DNA of 32,000 nucleotides. It comes from Bacillus alkalisoli. Lineage in GTDB: Bacteria > Bacillota > Bacilli > Bacillales > Bacillaceae_I. A model generated the notes under the pieces. The model had not been told where the DNA came from. It searched no databases and saw only the letters and a list, made by a program, of their open reading frames with translations. Below are positions 10,806 to 24,114 of this stretch, piece after piece; the first letter of the stretch is position 1, and every line of letters starts with the position of its first letter. A program made the translations under genes and the position numbers. The stretch is from NCBI RefSeq assembly GCF_002797415.1, contig NZ_KZ454944.1, positions 3,671,356 to 3,703,355 on the forward strand, in the 5' to 3' direction.

Positions 10806-11846
10806 TTATTCATAATGAACGAAATCTAAAGATGGAACTATGTTAACCCACGTTTTCCCTGGGGTAAATGGGACAGGTTGACCATCTTTTACAGGAATTA
10901 ACCTTCCATTATCTTCTTTCCATTCAAGTTCATAACGTTTACCTTGTTGAATTAATACAGCACGGCCACCAGCTGTTAAATTTATCTCTCGTCGTCCAAC
11001 TTTATCTACTACTTCATGTGCTGTTTCTATTATAAATATATTTTGAGCTACAACATCTTCTAACGTTTCTAAGTCTTTTGTTCTTTCACCACCGCTGTAT
11101 CGTTGAAAAAGCTCATCTTCTTTACTATACTCGTAAGCAACTTGTGCGACAAGGCGTGTAGAATAGTTTATCTTTACTTTATTTATTTCTACTCCATTCA
11201 ACTCTTGTTCTTCATTTTGCGATAGGAACAAATAAGGAGTCGTTTCTCCTTCCATATTAAACCCTAATTCAGACGCACCTTTTTCAATATTCTCGAAAGA
11301 GATATACGAGTTATGTGGGGCTTGACGGAAAGATGCTCTCTTAAATAATGTGCCATCATACAACATTCCGTTGATGGAATCTAATTCTCCTGCATCTAAA
11401 CGTTGCTTTGCAGCTGGACTATAGCCATGTGCTACAAAGATAGGATTATATGGTTTAGCAATATCTAAAAAATAGTCTCTGGCACTTCTTACTGGCCCGA
11501 CTTTTTCAGGTAGTTCACTTTGATAAATGGCAATAAGCCTAGTAATATCACCTTCAGATAATATTTCCACCACCACATCAGCTTTATAAAGACCCGATTG
11601 TGGTCTAGCTTTAACGTCATTGTTAATAACTACAGCGATTGGTCGTTTAGTTACTTCCTCATCTACTTCCAATCCAGTTAATGGTGCAGTAATTCCACTT
11701 GGTTCTTCGATTATTTCTTCCTCTTCTATTTCTTCCACAGGTGTTATCTGTTCTTCGTTGTTTTCTGTTACACTTTCTTCGGATTTACAGCCTACAAGTA
11801 CTATTGTTAGTAAAATTGATAGTAATAAATAACTATATTTTTTCAT
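10806..11846 (-). CDS. yerB: DUF3048-family lipoprotein YerB, 346 aa
   Basis: Lipobox IVLVGC, an acidic linker, and a position between yerA and yerC as in B. subtilis. Confidence 0.85.
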   Translation of the reverse strand: MKKYSYLLLSILLTIVLVGCKSEESVTENNEEQITPVEEIEEEEIIEEPSGITAPLTGLEVDEEVTKRPIAVVINNDVKARPQSGLYKADVVVEILSEGDITRLIAIYQSELPEKVGPVRSARDYFLDIAKPYNPIFVAHGYSPAAKQRLDAGELDSINGMLYDGTLFKRASFRQAPHNSYISFENIEKGASELGFNMEGETTPYLFLSQNEEQELNGVEINKVKINYSTRLVAQVAYEYSKEDELFQRYSGGERTKDLETLEDVVAQNIFIIETAHEVVDKVGRREINLTAGGRAVLIQQGKRYELEWKEDNGRLIPVKDGQPVPFTPGKTWVNIVPSLDFVHYE

Positions 11847-11883
11847 ATTCTCCCAACCTTTATCCCCATTATACTTTCATATT

Positions 11884-13629
11884 TTAACGCATTACAGACG
11901 GAAAGAGTACTGTTTTATTCATAACGTCGTATATTCCTACTGGTGTAATTCGTATATACGGTAAATGAGTGGACGATAAAAACAGCAACGTATAAACAGG
12001 GTCGTTGAACTTATATCCTCTTTTCATTAATTGTTGACGTAATACTTCTTCCTCTTCTATTAACTTTGGCATTTCTTCTTCAGACATCATGCCTCCAATA
12101 GGGAGAGAGATTTCACACACAATTTCTTGATTTTCGGCTAGAACAATGCCGCCTCCAATCGCTTTCATTCTTTCAAAAGCAAATAGCATATCTTCTTTAT
12201 TTTTACCGATTATAATGATGTCTCCAGTATTGGAATAGGAACTAACAAGTCCACTCACTTTATGACTAAATCCTTTTATTATCGTGTTTACACGCCATTG
12301 ACCATTTCGATCTATTAGCATTAGGAAAGATTGATCATCTTCTAGATTTAATTTTTCCCCACTAACATCTACATTTACAGAGTATGGTTTCATAATTACT
12401 TCGTTTACCATTTGTAGGCCAAGTGCCATGGAGAACTGTAAATCATCTATTGTTAAGTCCCAACTTAAATCTAGTGGACCTAGGTCAAAGCTCTTCCAAT
12501 CCAGATTGCTATTCAATGGATATTCTAGAGTCTGATCAAACTTCTTCATCCATTTGCCTGATGCAAGTACAGCTCTTGGTGTAGCATTTGTTTTACTTTC
12601 AAGTATATTGATATGTGCTATTCTGCCAGGTGCAATGCTGCCATGTAAATGATCAATGTTAAAATGTTTCGCTGTATTAAAGGTAGCCATTTTATATGCC
12701 TCGATAGGATTTACTCCTTTTTCTATTGCAATATTAATCATAGCATCTAAAATACCTTCTTTATAGAAATTTGGTGTCGATCCATCTGTTGTAAAAAACG
12801 AATGGTCGTAATACGGAATATCCATCTGTTCTAATTCTTCGATTATATTCGGTAAATCAGGACGTATGGACGAAAAACGTAGAGCTGTACTATACCCTTG
12901 ACTTATACGCTTTTTTACATCTTCACCGGTCATCGATTCGTGGTCACTATCCACACCAAATAATTTCATTTTCGTTAACGTTTTTTCCGAGGCACCTGGT
13001 AAGTGTCCTTCTACTGGCTTTCTTCTTCTTTTCGTTTCTTGAATCCATTCTAAAATTAAATCGTCTCCATCCATCAGCTTTGGCCAACTTGTTAATTCGC
13101 CACCTTGTAAAACAGAGTCTTGGTCTAACCAATCTTTTATGTTAGGTGTCGAAAAAATTTCTTCTTCCTTTTTAATCTCTGTTTGCGCATCAAAACGGCT
13201 CCACCAATAAGTAGTTACAGGTAATCGATTCATCTCTCTTATAAAAGAAAACGCTTTCTTTTTTCTCAATTGTAAAGCGAGCACCAAGTTATCATTTACG
13301 ACTGTAGTTGTTCCAGAAAGGGATGCATATTGTCCAAAACTAAGGGGATTATATAACTGAAAAGGATGAACATGAGGCTCAATATAACCTGGTACTAAAA
13401 AGTAAGTTGAGCAGTCCACATATTCTGTATTTTTGTCATTCGAAGGAAGTGCTTCACCTACATAAATAATGCGATCTTCATAAATCCAAATGTTTGCTTG
13501 AAGCCATCTTTTTAAAAACACATTTAAGTAGGTGGCGTTTTGCAAAACAATTGTAGGTGCTTTTACGCCGTCAATGACAGCTACATGCTCACGTATTTTT
13601 TTATTCGGCCATTTATATTTTTGTTCCAT
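11884..13629 (-). CDS. yerA: adenine deaminase-family amidohydrolase (YerA-like), 581 aa
   Basis: Amidohydrolase HxH motif (EPHVHPF). Size and position immediately after purD match B. subtilis yerA. An AGGAGA site lies 9 nt upstream of the ATG. Confidence 0.85.
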   Translation of the reverse strand: MEQKYKWPNKKIREHVAVIDGVKAPTIVLQNATYLNVFLKRWLQANIWIYEDRIIYVGEALPSNDKNTEYVDCSTYFLVPGYIEPHVHPFQLYNPLSFGQYASLSGTTTVVNDNLVLALQLRKKKAFSFIREMNRLPVTTYWWSRFDAQTEIKKEEEIFSTPNIKDWLDQDSVLQGGELTSWPKLMDGDDLILEWIQETKRRRKPVEGHLPGASEKTLTKMKLFGVDSDHESMTGEDVKKRISQGYSTALRFSSIRPDLPNIIEELEQMDIPYYDHSFFTTDGSTPNFYKEGILDAMINIAIEKGVNPIEAYKMATFNTAKHFNIDHLHGSIAPGRIAHINILESKTNATPRAVLASGKWMKKFDQTLEYPLNSNLDWKSFDLGPLDLSWDLTIDDLQFSMALGLQMVNEVIMKPYSVNVDVSGEKLNLEDDQSFLMLIDRNGQWRVNTIIKGFSHKVSGLVSSYSNTGDIIIIGKNKEDMLFAFERMKAIGGGIVLAENQEIVCEISLPIGGMMSEEEMPKLIEEEEVLRQQLMKRGYKFNDPVYTLLFLSSTHLPYIRITPVGIYDVMNKTVLFPSVMR

Positions 13630-13783
13630 AATTGCTCATCTCCTGAAAAACGTACAAATGAAAGTTATTTTAATATAACCTCTTCTTTCAATCGTACCAT
13701 AATTAACCTATTCATGCATTAACGAATTACAATTTGTTGGAATTTTAAAAAAATATTCTCTACTAAAGTTTTTTGTCATTCTA

Positions 13784-13915
13784 GCTGGTGATTGGAGCGC
13801 ATATCGGAGACTCCTGCGGGAGAAGCGGGAAACGGGAGACCCCACAGGAGCGGAAGCGACGAGGAGGCTCCCGACCCGCCCGCGGAAAGCGAAGATATGC
13901 GCGGAAATCAACCGC
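13784..13915 (-). repeat. GC-rich palindromic interspersed element, copy B (132 bp, inverted relative to copy A)
   Basis: Plus strand carries the reverse complement of the core: CTCCTGCGGGAGAAGCGGGAAACGGGAGACCCCACAGG...GAGGAGGCTCCCGACCCGCCCGCGGAAAGCGAAG. The terminal arms are gctggtgattggagcgcatatc / gatatgcgcggaaatcaaccgc. Confidence 0.9.
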
Positions 13916-13950
13916 GAATTTTAACACTTAACAATAAGGAGGAGTTCTTT

Positions 13951-14241
13951 ATGAGACCGAATATCGGTATTATTAATGCACTTGTACGTATAACTGGAGG
14001 TTTAACTATTTTAGCTTGGATCACAAGCAAAATGGTAAGAAGACCATATCGCGATTCGTACATTTTAGTTGCTATGCTAGGGGCAATGAAAGTAGCAGAA
14101 GGTATTTTAAGATATTGCCCATTAACAGATTTATTTGATCGTTACCAAGACTATCGTTATGATGAAGAATTCGAGTATGACAATTTCCATTGCGATGAAT
14201 TTGTGTGTGAAGGTGACGAAGAAACATATAATCCTTCTTAA
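13951..14241 (+). CDS. DUF2892 (YgaP-like) small membrane protein with acidic C-terminal tail, 96 aa
   Basis: AAGGAGG lies 8 nt before ATG 13951. The N-terminal NIGIINALVRITGG and the later RYCPL resemble the DUF2892 pattern. The ORF-track start at 13792 is a read-through of repeat copy B. Confidence 0.7.
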   Translation: MRPNIGIINALVRITGGLTILAWITSKMVRRPYRDSYILVAMLGAMKVAEGILRYCPLTDLFDRYQDYRYDEEFEYDNFHCDEFVCEGDEETYNPS

Positions 14242-14272
14242 AAAATTCGCCAGGCTCTAATCCGAGCCTGGC
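14241..14272 (-). terminator. intrinsic terminator of the pur operon (weak in the + direction)
   Basis: GCCAGGCTC-6 nt loop-GAGCCTGGC. On the minus strand it is followed by gaaTTTTTT. On the plus strand only ttcatt follows. Confidence 0.7.
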
Positions 14273-14296
14273 TTCATTAGAAAGGAGTGTAAAGTG

Positions 14297-15828
<1,532 letters not shown>

Positions 15829-15879
15829 TAGATAATAATTTAAAACTAATAAAAGTCCTTAATAACACTCATCTTCTCA

Positions 15880-17409
15880 TTAATGTTTGAAATGACGGAC
15901 TCCTGTGAAGACCATTGTGATTCCGTGTTCGTCTGCTTTTTTGATGGAGTCTTCGTCTCGGATGGATCCGCCTGGTTGAATGATAGCGGTAACTCCTGCT
16001 TTTGCAGCAGCTTCGACGGTATCGTCCATTGGGAAAAATGCATCAGAACCAAGGGCAGAACCTTTTGCTAAAATTCCTGCTTGCTCCATGGCAATTTTCG
16101 CAGCACCAACTCTGTTCATCTGGCCAGCACCTACACCTACTGTATTATTGTCTTTTGCTAGAACGATAGCATTTGACTTTACATGTTTTACTACCTTCCA
16201 AGCTAATCGTAAATCTGCCCACTCTTGTTCTGTAGGCTCGCGTTTCGTTGGAATCGTTATTTTTTCTTCATCAAAACTTAATGTATCTTCTTCTTGTATT
16301 AATAGACCACCTGTAACAGAAGAGTATTTCTTTTCTACTTCACTATTTGCTGTGAATTCAACCGTTAATAGACGGATGTTTTTCTTTTGTTTTAATACAT
16401 CAAGTGCCCCAGGTGAGAACGATGGAGCAATAATAATCTCTAAAAATATTTCATGTAACAGTAGAGCTGTTTCTTTATCTACTTCTCTATTAAATGCAAC
16501 GATTCCACCGAAAATGGAAGTAGGGTCTGCCTTATATGCACGCTCGTAAGCTTCTAAAACTGTTTCTCCCACTCCAACTCCACAAGGATTTGTGTGTTTA
16601 ATCGCAACTGCAGCTGGTTGTGTGAACTCTTTTACAAGTTGAATGGCTGCGTCGGCATCATTAATGTTGTTATAGGATAATTCTTTTCCATGTAATTGTT
16701 TGGCTGATGCAATGGAATAGGATTTTTCGAATGACTTTTTATAAAACGCTGCTTTTTGATGTGGATTTTCGCCATAACGTAAGTCTTGCACTTTTTCAAA
16801 TGTAATCGTTAATGATTCTGGATTCTCTTCACCTACTGACTCTGTTAAGTAGTTAGAAATTATAGAATCATAGGCTGCTGTATGGCGAAAGACTTTTGCC
16901 GCTAATCTTTGACGAGTTGTCAATTGTACTGTTCCGTCACGCTCTAAACCGGTAGCAACTTCTTCATAATCTGTTGGATCGACTACAACTGTCACTTGCT
17001 GATGGTTTTTTGCTGCCGAACGGAGCATCGTTGGTCCACCAATATCAATATTTTCGATTGCTTCTTCAAAAGTCGTACCTTCTTTTGCAATTGTTTCTTT
17101 AAATGGATAAAGATTCACGATTACTAAGTCTATTGGAGTGATGTTGTGTTCTTGTAATTGTGCTTCATGACTTTCATTCCCACGCATCGCAAGTAATCCA
17201 CCATGAATCATTGGGTGTAACGTTTTAACACGACCGTCTAAAATTTCTGGGAAACCAGTAACTTCTGAGATTCCAATAACATTCACACCATGGTCTTGTA
17301 ACGTCTTTTTCGTACCACCTGTTGAAATCACTTCTACACCTAGGGCAACTAAACGTTTTACAAATGGCACAATACCTTCTTTATTCGATACACTTACTAA
17401 TGCTCTCAT
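15880..17409 (-). CDS. purH: bifunctional AICAR transformylase / IMP cyclohydrolase PurH, 509 aa
   Basis: [14 protein letters not shown]... (MGS-like domain) plus the AICARFT domain. The ATGA overlap with the purN stop indicates translational coupling. Confidence 0.97.
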   Translation of the reverse strand: MRALVSVSNKEGIVPFVKRLVALGVEVISTGGTKKTLQDHGVNVIGISEVTGFPEILDGRVKTLHPMIHGGLLAMRGNESHEAQLQEHNITPIDLVIVNLYPFKETIAKEGTTFEEAIENIDIGGPTMLRSAAKNHQQVTVVVDPTDYEEVATGLERDGTVQLTTRQRLAAKVFRHTAAYDSIISNYLTESVGEENPESLTITFEKVQDLRYGENPHQKAAFYKKSFEKSYSIASAKQLHGKELSYNNINDADAAIQLVKEFTQPAAVAIKHTNPCGVGVGETVLEAYERAYKADPTSIFGGIVAFNREVDKETALLLHEIFLEIIIAPSFSPGALDVLKQKKNIRLLTVEFTANSEVEKKYSSVTGGLLIQEEDTLSFDEEKITIPTKREPTEQEWADLRLAWKVVKHVKSNAIVLAKDNNTVGVGAGQMNRVGAAKIAMEQAGILAKGSALGSDAFFPMDDTVEAAAKAGVTAIIQPGGSIRDEDSIKKADEHGITMVFTGVRHFKH

Positions 17410-17999
17410 GATAGGGTTGACTCCTTCTCTGTTTGTAAGATTTTTTGTAATGTTTTTGGGTATAAAATATGTTCAACTTGTTGAATCTTTTTTTGTAATG
17501 ACTCTTTCGTTTCTTCAGGTAAAATTTTTACAGGTTGTTGGGCAATGATTGGACCTGTGTCCATTCCCTCATCTACATAATGGACCGTAACTCCTGTCAC
17601 TTCCGCTTTTGCTTTAATCGCTTGACCAATCGCATCTAACCCCGGAAAAGCTGGGAGAAGAGATGGATGAATGTTTATCATTTTACCTTCGTAAGCGTGT
17701 ATTAGTGTTGGACCTACTAGTCTCATATAACCAGCTAAAATGATGTAAGCGACATTTTGTTGCTGTAATTTTTGAAGAATCTCTTGTTCAAACGCTTCTT
17801 TATTTTCGTACAGTTTAGGGAGAAAAGTAAAAACTGGTATGGAAGCTTCGATAGCTCGTTCCACCACTTTAGCTTTTGGTTTATCACATATTAGCAGAAC
17901 AGGGTCAGCTTGCAATTCCCCTTTTCTACAAGCGTCAATTATGGCTTGCACATTACTTCCGCTTCCAGAAGCAAAAAGGGCGATTCGTTGTCTTGTCAT
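17406..17999 (-). CDS. purN: phosphoribosylglycinamide formyltransferase PurN, 197 aa
   Basis: FASGSGSN motif and the HPSLLP motif. ATGA overlaps occur with both purM and purH. Confidence 0.95.
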   Translation of the reverse strand: MTRQRIALFASGSGSNVQAIIDACRKGELQADPVLLICDKPKAKVVERAIEASIPVFTFLPKLYENKEAFEQEILQKLQQQNVAYIILAGYMRLVGPTLIHAYEGKMINIHPSLLPAFPGLDAIGQAIKAKAEVTGVTVHYVDEGMDTGPIIAQQPVKILPEETKESLQKKIQQVEHILYPKTLQKILQTEKESTLS

Positions 18000-19033
18000 C
18001 TAAGTTCTCCCCCGCCGAATGTAATTCCTTCTCCTTGTTTCACCCGACCAATGATATATGGCGTTTCGCCTGATTTTTCTAACGTTGAAATGACACCTGT
18101 TACGTCTTGTGGATCAATGGACAACACCATGCCTATACCCATGTTAAAGATGTTAAACATTTCTTCTTTTTGTAAGTTCCCGTACGTTTGTAACATGTCA
18201 AAAACAGTTGGAATTGGCCATGAGCCGTAATCAACCTCAGCTTGAAGACCTTTTGGCAACATCCTTGGAATGTTTTCTACGAAACCGCCACCTGTAATAT
18301 GTGCCATGCCTTTTATGTCATACTTTTTAAGTACTTCTAAGATTGGCTTCACATATATTTTTGTTGGAGTTAATAGTATTTCTCCTAGTGTTTGGTTTGT
18401 GTTTTCTAGTTTTTGTGTAAGGTCTAGATCACTATCTGCAATAATTTTTCTAACAAGTGAGTAGCCGTTACTATGAATACCTGATGATGGCAAACCAATA
18501 AGGACATTACCTGCTTGAATGTTTTCACCTGTAATTAGCTTAGATTTTTCCACAACACCTACTGTGAAACCAGCAAGGTCGTATTCTTCTTGGTTATACA
18601 TTCCTGGCATCTCAGCCGTTTCTCCTCCGATAAGAGCGCAACCAGCTTGTTCACAACCATCTGCAATACCTTTAATGATTTGCTCGATTTGATCAGGTGC
18701 TGCTTTTCCGCATGCTATGTAATCTAGGAAGAAAAGTGGTTCGGCACCTTGTACGACAATATCGTTGACACACATCGCAACTGCATCCACACCAATGGTA
18801 TCGTGCTTATTTAGCTGGAATGCAAGCATAAGCTTTGTACCAACGCCATCTGTGCCAGAGACAAGTACTGGTTGTTGGACATTGATGCTTGATAGGTCAA
18901 AAAGGCCACCAAATCCGCCTAGTCCTCCCATGACTTCTGGTCTCATCGTACGAGCGACATGCTTTTTCATTCTTGAAACGGCTTCATAGCCAGCTTCAAT
19001 ATCTACTCCTGCTTGTTTGTATGCATTTGCCAT
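17996..19033 (-). CDS. purM: phosphoribosylformylglycinamidine cyclo-ligase (AIR synthetase) PurM, 345 aa
   Basis: [16 protein letters not shown]-terminus. ATG at 19031-19033 follows GGAGGG. The ORF-track start at 19234 lies inside the tandem-repeat region. Confidence 0.96.
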   Translation of the reverse strand: MANAYKQAGVDIEAGYEAVSRMKKHVARTMRPEVMGGLGGFGGLFDLSSINVQQPVLVSGTDGVGTKLMLAFQLNKHDTIGVDAVAMCVNDIVVQGAEPLFFLDYIACGKAAPDQIEQIIKGIADGCEQAGCALIGGETAEMPGMYNQEEYDLAGFTVGVVEKSKLITGENIQAGNVLIGLPSSGIHSNGYSLVRKIIADSDLDLTQKLENTNQTLGEILLTPTKIYVKPILEVLKKYDIKGMAHITGGGFVENIPRMLPKGLQAEVDYGSWPIPTVFDMLQTYGNLQKEEMFNIFNMGIGMVLSIDPQDVTGVISTLEKSGETPYIIGRVKQGEGITFGGGELR

Positions 19034-19176
19034 ATGTGTCCCTCCAAAGGTATATTTCCAAATAAAAGCAATTGAAAGAGGTTTAGACAAGAGTATAGGC
19101 GTGACCGTAAATAATAATAGGCTATTATTTTGGCCTCTTCTATTCACTTGTTTTACCTCAATATCTTGTGTATCAA

Positions 19177-19528
19177 GTTCATTTTTGAGTTTTTCTTTGG
19201 TGTAAATGATTGTGAGAGACCCCTTCACGTTCATTTTTGAGTTTTTCTTTGGTGAAAATGATTGTGACTGACCCCTTCACGTTCATTTTTGAGTTTGTCT
19301 TTTGTGAAAATGATTGTGACTGACCCCTTCACGTTCATTTTTGAGTTTGTCTTTTGTGAAAATGATTGTGACTGACCCCTTCACGTTCATTTTTGAGTTT
19401 GTCTTTTGTGAAAATGATTGTGACTGACCCCTTCACGTTCATTTTTGAGTTTTTCTTTAGTGAAAATGATTGTGAGTGACCCCTTCACGTTCATTTTTGA
19501 GTTTTTCTTTAGTGAAAATGATTGTGAA
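19177..19528 (+). repeat. 52-bp tandem repeat array, about 6.8 units, in the purF-purM intercistronic gap
   Basis: GTTCATTTTTGAG starts at 19177, 19229, 19281, 19333, 19385, 19437 and 19489, an exact 52-bp period. Units 3-5 are identical: gttcatttttgagtttgtcttttgtgaaaatgattgtgactgaccccttcac. Confidence 0.95.
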
Positions 19529-19573
19529 AGGCACTGAATCCATCGGTCTTTTGTACCAGCTTCTAACAGCTAA

Positions 19574-20986
19574 TCAACACTTCTCATGCGGCATTACCGT
19601 ATCGGAATAAATTTCTGTCGGATACTTCCCAGTAAAACATGCCATACACTGCCCGCGATATTCTCCTTCATAAGGACGACCTATCGCTTCTAACAAGCCG
19701 CCTTCACTCAAGAACGACAGAGAATCGGCTCCTATAATTTTACGAATCTCCTCCACAGAATGATTCGATGCAATTAACTCCTCATGAGTAGACGTGTCTA
19801 TCCCATAAAAACAAGGATTCTTAATTGGCGGTGAACTTATACGAACATGAACTTCCGTAGCCCCTGCTTCACGAAGCATATTGACAATCCGACGACTCGT
19901 AGTTCCTCGAACAATCGAATCGTCTACCATCACAACTCGTTTGCCTTCTACTACACCGCGAACAGGGGACAACTTCATTTTCACCCCTTGTTCACGTAAC
20001 GCTTGAGAAGGTTGAATAAAGGTCCTACCTACGTATCTATTTTTAATTAAACCTAATTCATAAGGAATATCTGCCGCTTCTGCATACCCGATTGCTGCTG
20101 AAATACTTGAATCTGGCACCCCTGTTACAACATCTGCCTCTACAAAAGATTCCAACGCCAGTTGCTTCCCTAAATTCTTCCTCGCTGTATGAACATTAAT
20201 TCCATTAATATTACTATCAGGACGAGAAAAATAAATATATTCCATACTACACATTGCTCGTTGAATGTGCATTGTATAACGCTCTGACTGTAAGCCCTCG
20301 TCGCTAATAATTAACAATTCACCAGGTTCTACGTCACGCAAATATGTTGCACCAACAATATCCAATGCGCATGTTTCTGATGCAACAACATACCCGTCAC
20401 CAAGCAAACCTAATGAAAGGGGACGCAAGCCATTCGGGTCAAGAGCGACCATCATCTCCGTCTCTGTCATAATGACAAAAGCGAACGCCCCTCTCACCAT
20501 CGATAAAGCATTTTTCACACGATCCTTCAACAAAGGATAGCCACTACGTTTTATTAAATGAGCCAACACTTCTGTGTCAGACGTTGTTTGTAAAATACTT
20601 CCCTGGTTTTCTAACTGATGCTTCAACGCATTCGCATTTACTAAATTGCCATTATGCGCTAAAGCTAGACTACCAGTTTGCGAGTGGAACAAAAGTGGCT
20701 GGACATTTTCGTAGCCGCCTCCACCTGCTGTTGCATAACGCACATGGCCTATGGCTGCTTTTCCAACAAGGTCATTTAACCTACCATTGGAGAAAATCTC
20801 ATTAACAAGCCCTTCGCCTTTTACACAACTTAATTTCTCCCCATCTGTTACAACAATTCCCGCACCTTCTTGCCCGCGATGTTGTAAACTGTGCAACCCA
20901 TAATACGTAATTTGCTCGGCTTCAGGATGCCCCCATACACCAAACACGCCGCACTCTTCATTTAAGCCTTTGATTTCAGCAAGCAT
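19574..20986 (-). CDS. purF: amidophosphoribosyltransferase PurF, 470 aa
   Basis: [16 protein letters not shown] (propeptide plus the nucleophilic Cys, as in B. subtilis PurF) and Fe-S cysteines near the C-terminus. ATG at 20984-20986 overlaps the purL 3' end by 25 nt. Confidence 0.96.
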   Translation of the reverse strand: MLAEIKGLNEECGVFGVWGHPEAEQITYYGLHSLQHRGQEGAGIVVTDGEKLSCVKGEGLVNEIFSNGRLNDLVGKAAIGHVRYATAGGGGYENVQPLLFHSQTGSLALAHNGNLVNANALKHQLENQGSILQTTSDTEVLAHLIKRSGYPLLKDRVKNALSMVRGAFAFVIMTETEMMVALDPNGLRPLSLGLLGDGYVVASETCALDIVGATYLRDVEPGELLIISDEGLQSERYTMHIQRAMCSMEYIYFSRPDSNINGINVHTARKNLGKQLALESFVEADVVTGVPDSSISAAIGYAEAADIPYELGLIKNRYVGRTFIQPSQALREQGVKMKLSPVRGVVEGKRVVMVDDSIVRGTTSRRIVNMLREAGATEVHVRISSPPIKNPCFYGIDTSTHEELIASNHSVEEIRKIIGADSLSFLSEGGLLEAIGRPYEGEYRGQCMACFTGKYPTEIYSDTVMPHEKC

Positions 20987-23193
20987 GGGATAGCCCCTTT
21001 CCAAGCCTTTCTCATTTCATCTACTGATAAATGAATGATCGATTCATTATTTTCTCCATTTATCTTTAATTCTCCACTATCGGTTACATGGCCAATTTTC
21101 ACTGCATCAACAACTAACGTTTCAAATGCTTCTTTATTTTCTGGCTTCACCGAAACAACGAAGCGAGATTGTGATTCACTATATAACGCAACAGTCGTAT
21201 CACCTGACACAACGATCTCCGCTCCAAGGCCCGTAGCACTCATTAAACTTTCCGCTACTGCAACAGAAAATCCACCTTCTGAAACGTCATGAGCCGAAGC
21301 CACATAACCGTTACGAATTGCTGCCAACAACTTCGCTTGTCTTGATGCTTCCACTTGTAAATCAATAGAAGGAGCTTTACCAAAAATCTTGCCATACGTT
21401 AGCTTTTGTAACTCACTTCCACCAAACTCTTCTTTCGTATCCCCAATTAAATAAATGAAATCTCCATATTCTTTGAAGCCTTGTGTTGTAATGTGTGCAA
21501 TATCATCAATTAATCCGACCATCCCAACTACAGGTGTCGGATACACTGCTTCTCCGTTTGTTTCATTGTAAAGAGATACATTCCCACCGATTACCGGCGA
21601 CTCTAACATACGACAAGCTTCACTCATGCCATCGACCGATTTTTCTAGCTGCCAGAAGATTTCCGGTTTTTCTGGGTTACCAAAATTTAAGCAATCTGTA
21701 ATAGCTAGTGGTTGTGCCCCAGAACAAACGACATTACGTGCTGCTTCTGCAACCGCAATCTTGCCACCAACTTCTGGGTCTAAATAAATGTAACGAGAAT
21801 TACAATCTGTTGTCATCGCTAACGCTTTTTTCGTACCGCGAATACGTACTACTGCCGCATCAGAACCTGGGCAAACTACCGTATTCGTTCTAACTTGATA
21901 GTCATATTGATCGTAAACCCATTCTTTACTTGCAATCGTTGGTTGCTGTAACAAACTCATTAACGTTTCATTGTAATCCGTTACCTCAGGCACTTCTACT
22001 TCCATCGCTTGGAACTCTGCATAATAAGCAGGCTCTTTAGAAGGCTTATTGTATACAGGTGCTTCTTCCGCTAATGCATCAACTGGCACCTCAGCAATCA
22101 CCGCACCATCGTGCACTAAACGGAGCATTTTGTCGTCCGTTACTTTACCAATTGCAACAGCCTCTAAGCCGTACTTTGAAACAATCTCTTGCGCCTCATG
22201 CTCGCGGCCTTTTTCTACAACAATTAACATACGCTCTTGTGATTCGGATAACATCATTTCGTAACCAGTCATACCTGCTTCACGTTGTGGCACTAAATCT
22301 AAGTTCATTTCAATTCCAGAGCCAGCTTTTGACGCCATCTCTGCAGACGAACTCGTTAATCCCGCAGCACCCATATCTTGAATGCCCACTAAACCGTCCC
22401 ACTTCACAATTTCTAAACAAGCTTCTAATAAAAGCTTTTCCATAAACGGATCGCCAACTTGAACAGCTGGTCGCTTTTCCTCTGATGCATCTGATAATTC
22501 TTCTGAGGCAAATGTAGCGCCATGAATACCGTCCCTACCTGTCTTAGCACCAACGTACATGACAGTATTGCCCACACCCTTCGCCTGCCCCTTTTTTATA
22601 TCTTCATGAGCAATCAAGCCAACACACATTGCATTTACTAGCGGGTTACCTTCGTAGGCTGCATCAAATTGTACTTCTCCACCAACAGTCGGAATCCCTA
22701 CGCAGTTTCCGTATCCAGCAATACCTGCTACTACTTCTTCAAACAAATACTTCACGCGAGGATTCGTTAATTCTCCAAAGCGAAGCGAGTTTAATAGTGC
22801 GATAGGACGTGCTCCCATGGAAAATACATCACGGATAATTCCACCAACACCTGTTGCCGCTCCTTGATATGGCTCAATCGCAGAAGGATGGTTGTGACTT
22901 TCAATCTTAAAAACTACCGCTTGGTTATCACCGATATCCACGATTCCAGCGCCTTCACCTGGTCCTTGTAAAACTTTTGGACCTTCTGTTGGGAACTTGC
23001 GTAAAACAGGCTTTGAGTTTTTGTAACTACAATGCTCTGACCACATAACAGAAAACAAGCCGATTTCTGTATAGTTAGGAAGACGACCTAGGATATTCTC
23101 TACCATTGCAAACTCATCGTCTGTTAAACCCATTTCACGGTATATCTTTTCTTCTTTTATTTTTAATTCATTCGGCTCAAGAAGTAACGACAT
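20962..23193 (-). CDS. purL: phosphoribosylformylglycinamidine synthase subunit II PurL, 743 aa
   Basis: MSLLLEPN...[20 protein letters not shown] at 23191-23193 follows GGAGGGA and overlaps the purQ 3' end by 17 nt. Confidence 0.96.
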   Translation of the reverse strand: MSLLLEPNELKIKEEKIYREMGLTDDEFAMVENILGRLPNYTEIGLFSVMWSEHCSYKNSKPVLRKFPTEGPKVLQGPGEGAGIVDIGDNQAVVFKIESHNHPSAIEPYQGAATGVGGIIRDVFSMGARPIALLNSLRFGELTNPRVKYLFEEVVAGIAGYGNCVGIPTVGGEVQFDAAYEGNPLVNAMCVGLIAHEDIKKGQAKGVGNTVMYVGAKTGRDGIHGATFASEELSDASEEKRPAVQVGDPFMEKLLLEACLEIVKWDGLVGIQDMGAAGLTSSSAEMASKAGSGIEMNLDLVPQREAGMTGYEMMLSESQERMLIVVEKGREHEAQEIVSKYGLEAVAIGKVTDDKMLRLVHDGAVIAEVPVDALAEEAPVYNKPSKEPAYYAEFQAMEVEVPEVTDYNETLMSLLQQPTIASKEWVYDQYDYQVRTNTVVCPGSDAAVVRIRGTKKALAMTTDCNSRYIYLDPEVGGKIAVAEAARNVVCSGAQPLAITDCLNFGNPEKPEIFWQLEKSVDGMSEACRMLESPVIGGNVSLYNETNGEAVYPTPVVGMVGLIDDIAHITTQGFKEYGDFIYLIGDTKEEFGGSELQKLTYGKIFGKAPSIDLQVEASRQAKLLAAIRNGYVASAHDVSEGGFSVAVAESLMSATGLGAEIVVSGDTTVALYSESQSRFVVSVKPENKEAFETLVVDAVKIGHVTDSGELKINGENNESIIHLSVDEMRKAWKGAIPCLLKSKA

Positions 23194-23863
23194 GTGATTC
23201 CCTCCAGTTTCGTACAATCGATTGGAATAGTCTTAATCCGTCTGCACTACCTAGTAATTCACTAACAGCACGTTCAGGGTGGGGCATCATTCCTAGCACA
23301 TTCCCTTGTTTATTCGTAATCCCTGCTATTCTCTCTAAGCTTCCGTTTGGATTGTCATCATCGTAACGGAAGACGATTTGGTTATTTTCTTGTAGCTGTT
23401 TTAACGTTAGTTCATCACAGTAATAGTTTCCTTCACCGTGTGCGATAGGGATTTTGATTTCTTCCCCTTTTTGATAGGCAGTCGTAAACATTGTTTCGTT
23501 GTTTTCTACTCGTAACGTAACCATACGACACATAAACTTTAAATTTTTATTACGACGCATAGCCCCTGGTAATAAACCAGACTCTAGTAAGATTTGAAAT
23601 CCGTTACATACACCTAATATTGGCTTACCAGCTTCTGCAGCTTTTACAACCTCTGCCATCACATTGGAAAAACGGGCAATCGCACCGGAACGCAAGTAAT
23701 CTCCGTAAGAAAAGCCACCTGGAAGTAAGATGCCGTCAAACTCACTTAAGTCTTTCGCATCGTGCCATACATATTCCACTTCTTCACCAAGCTCATCTTT
23801 GATCGCATGGTACATATCTACATCACAGTTCGAACCTGGAAAAACGATACAGGCAAATTTCAT
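23177..23863 (-). CDS. purQ: phosphoribosylformylglycinamidine synthase subunit I (glutaminase) PurQ, 228 aa
   Basis: Class I glutamine amidotransferase (GVCNGFQ catalytic Cys, HPE). ATGA overlap with purS. Confidence 0.96.
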   Translation of the reverse strand: MKFACIVFPGSNCDVDMYHAIKDELGEEVEYVWHDAKDLSEFDGILLPGGFSYGDYLRSGAIARFSNVMAEVVKAAEAGKPILGVCNGFQILLESGLLPGAMRRNKNLKFMCRMVTLRVENNETMFTTAYQKGEEIKIPIAHGEGNYYCDELTLKQLQENNQIVFRYDDDNPNGSLERIAGITNKQGNVLGMMPHPERAVSELLGSADGLRLFQSIVRNWRESHVVTS

Positions 23864-24114
23864 CGAACGACAACCTCCTCCACTTCATATCGGTAGTCTT
23901 CAATTACCGTGTTCGCAAGCATCTTTTCACACATTTCTTTTACTAACTCATCTAAATTGCGGTTTGTTTCTGCAATTGTTAACTCTAAATACTTTCCGAT
24001 ACGCACTTCTTGAACTTCTTTATACGATAAACTGTGTAGGGAGTTTTTCACTGCATTTCCTTGTGGATCTAATACACTTTCTCTTAACGTTACGAATACT
24101 TTTACTTTAAACAT
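23860..24114 (-). CDS. purS: FGAM synthase subunit PurS, 84 aa
   Basis: [19 protein letters not shown]...[11 protein letters not shown] closely matches B. subtilis PurS. ATG at 24112-24114 follows GGAGG. Confidence 0.93.
   Translation of the reverse strand: MFKVKVFVTLRESVLDPQGNAVKNSLHSLSYKEVQEVRIGKYLELTIAETNRNLDELVKEMCEKMLANTVIEDYRYEVEEVVVR

Noticed and set aside
19250-19268. Fur-box-like sequence TGAAAATGATTGTGA within each unit of the pur-operon array
   Set aside because: It matches 11 of 14 specified positions of the 7-1-7 consensus TGATAATnATTATCA by hand alignment. The equivalent position in the related array at 30914 matches only about 8 of 14, and such matches are expected in AT-rich sequence. 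There is no supporting context.
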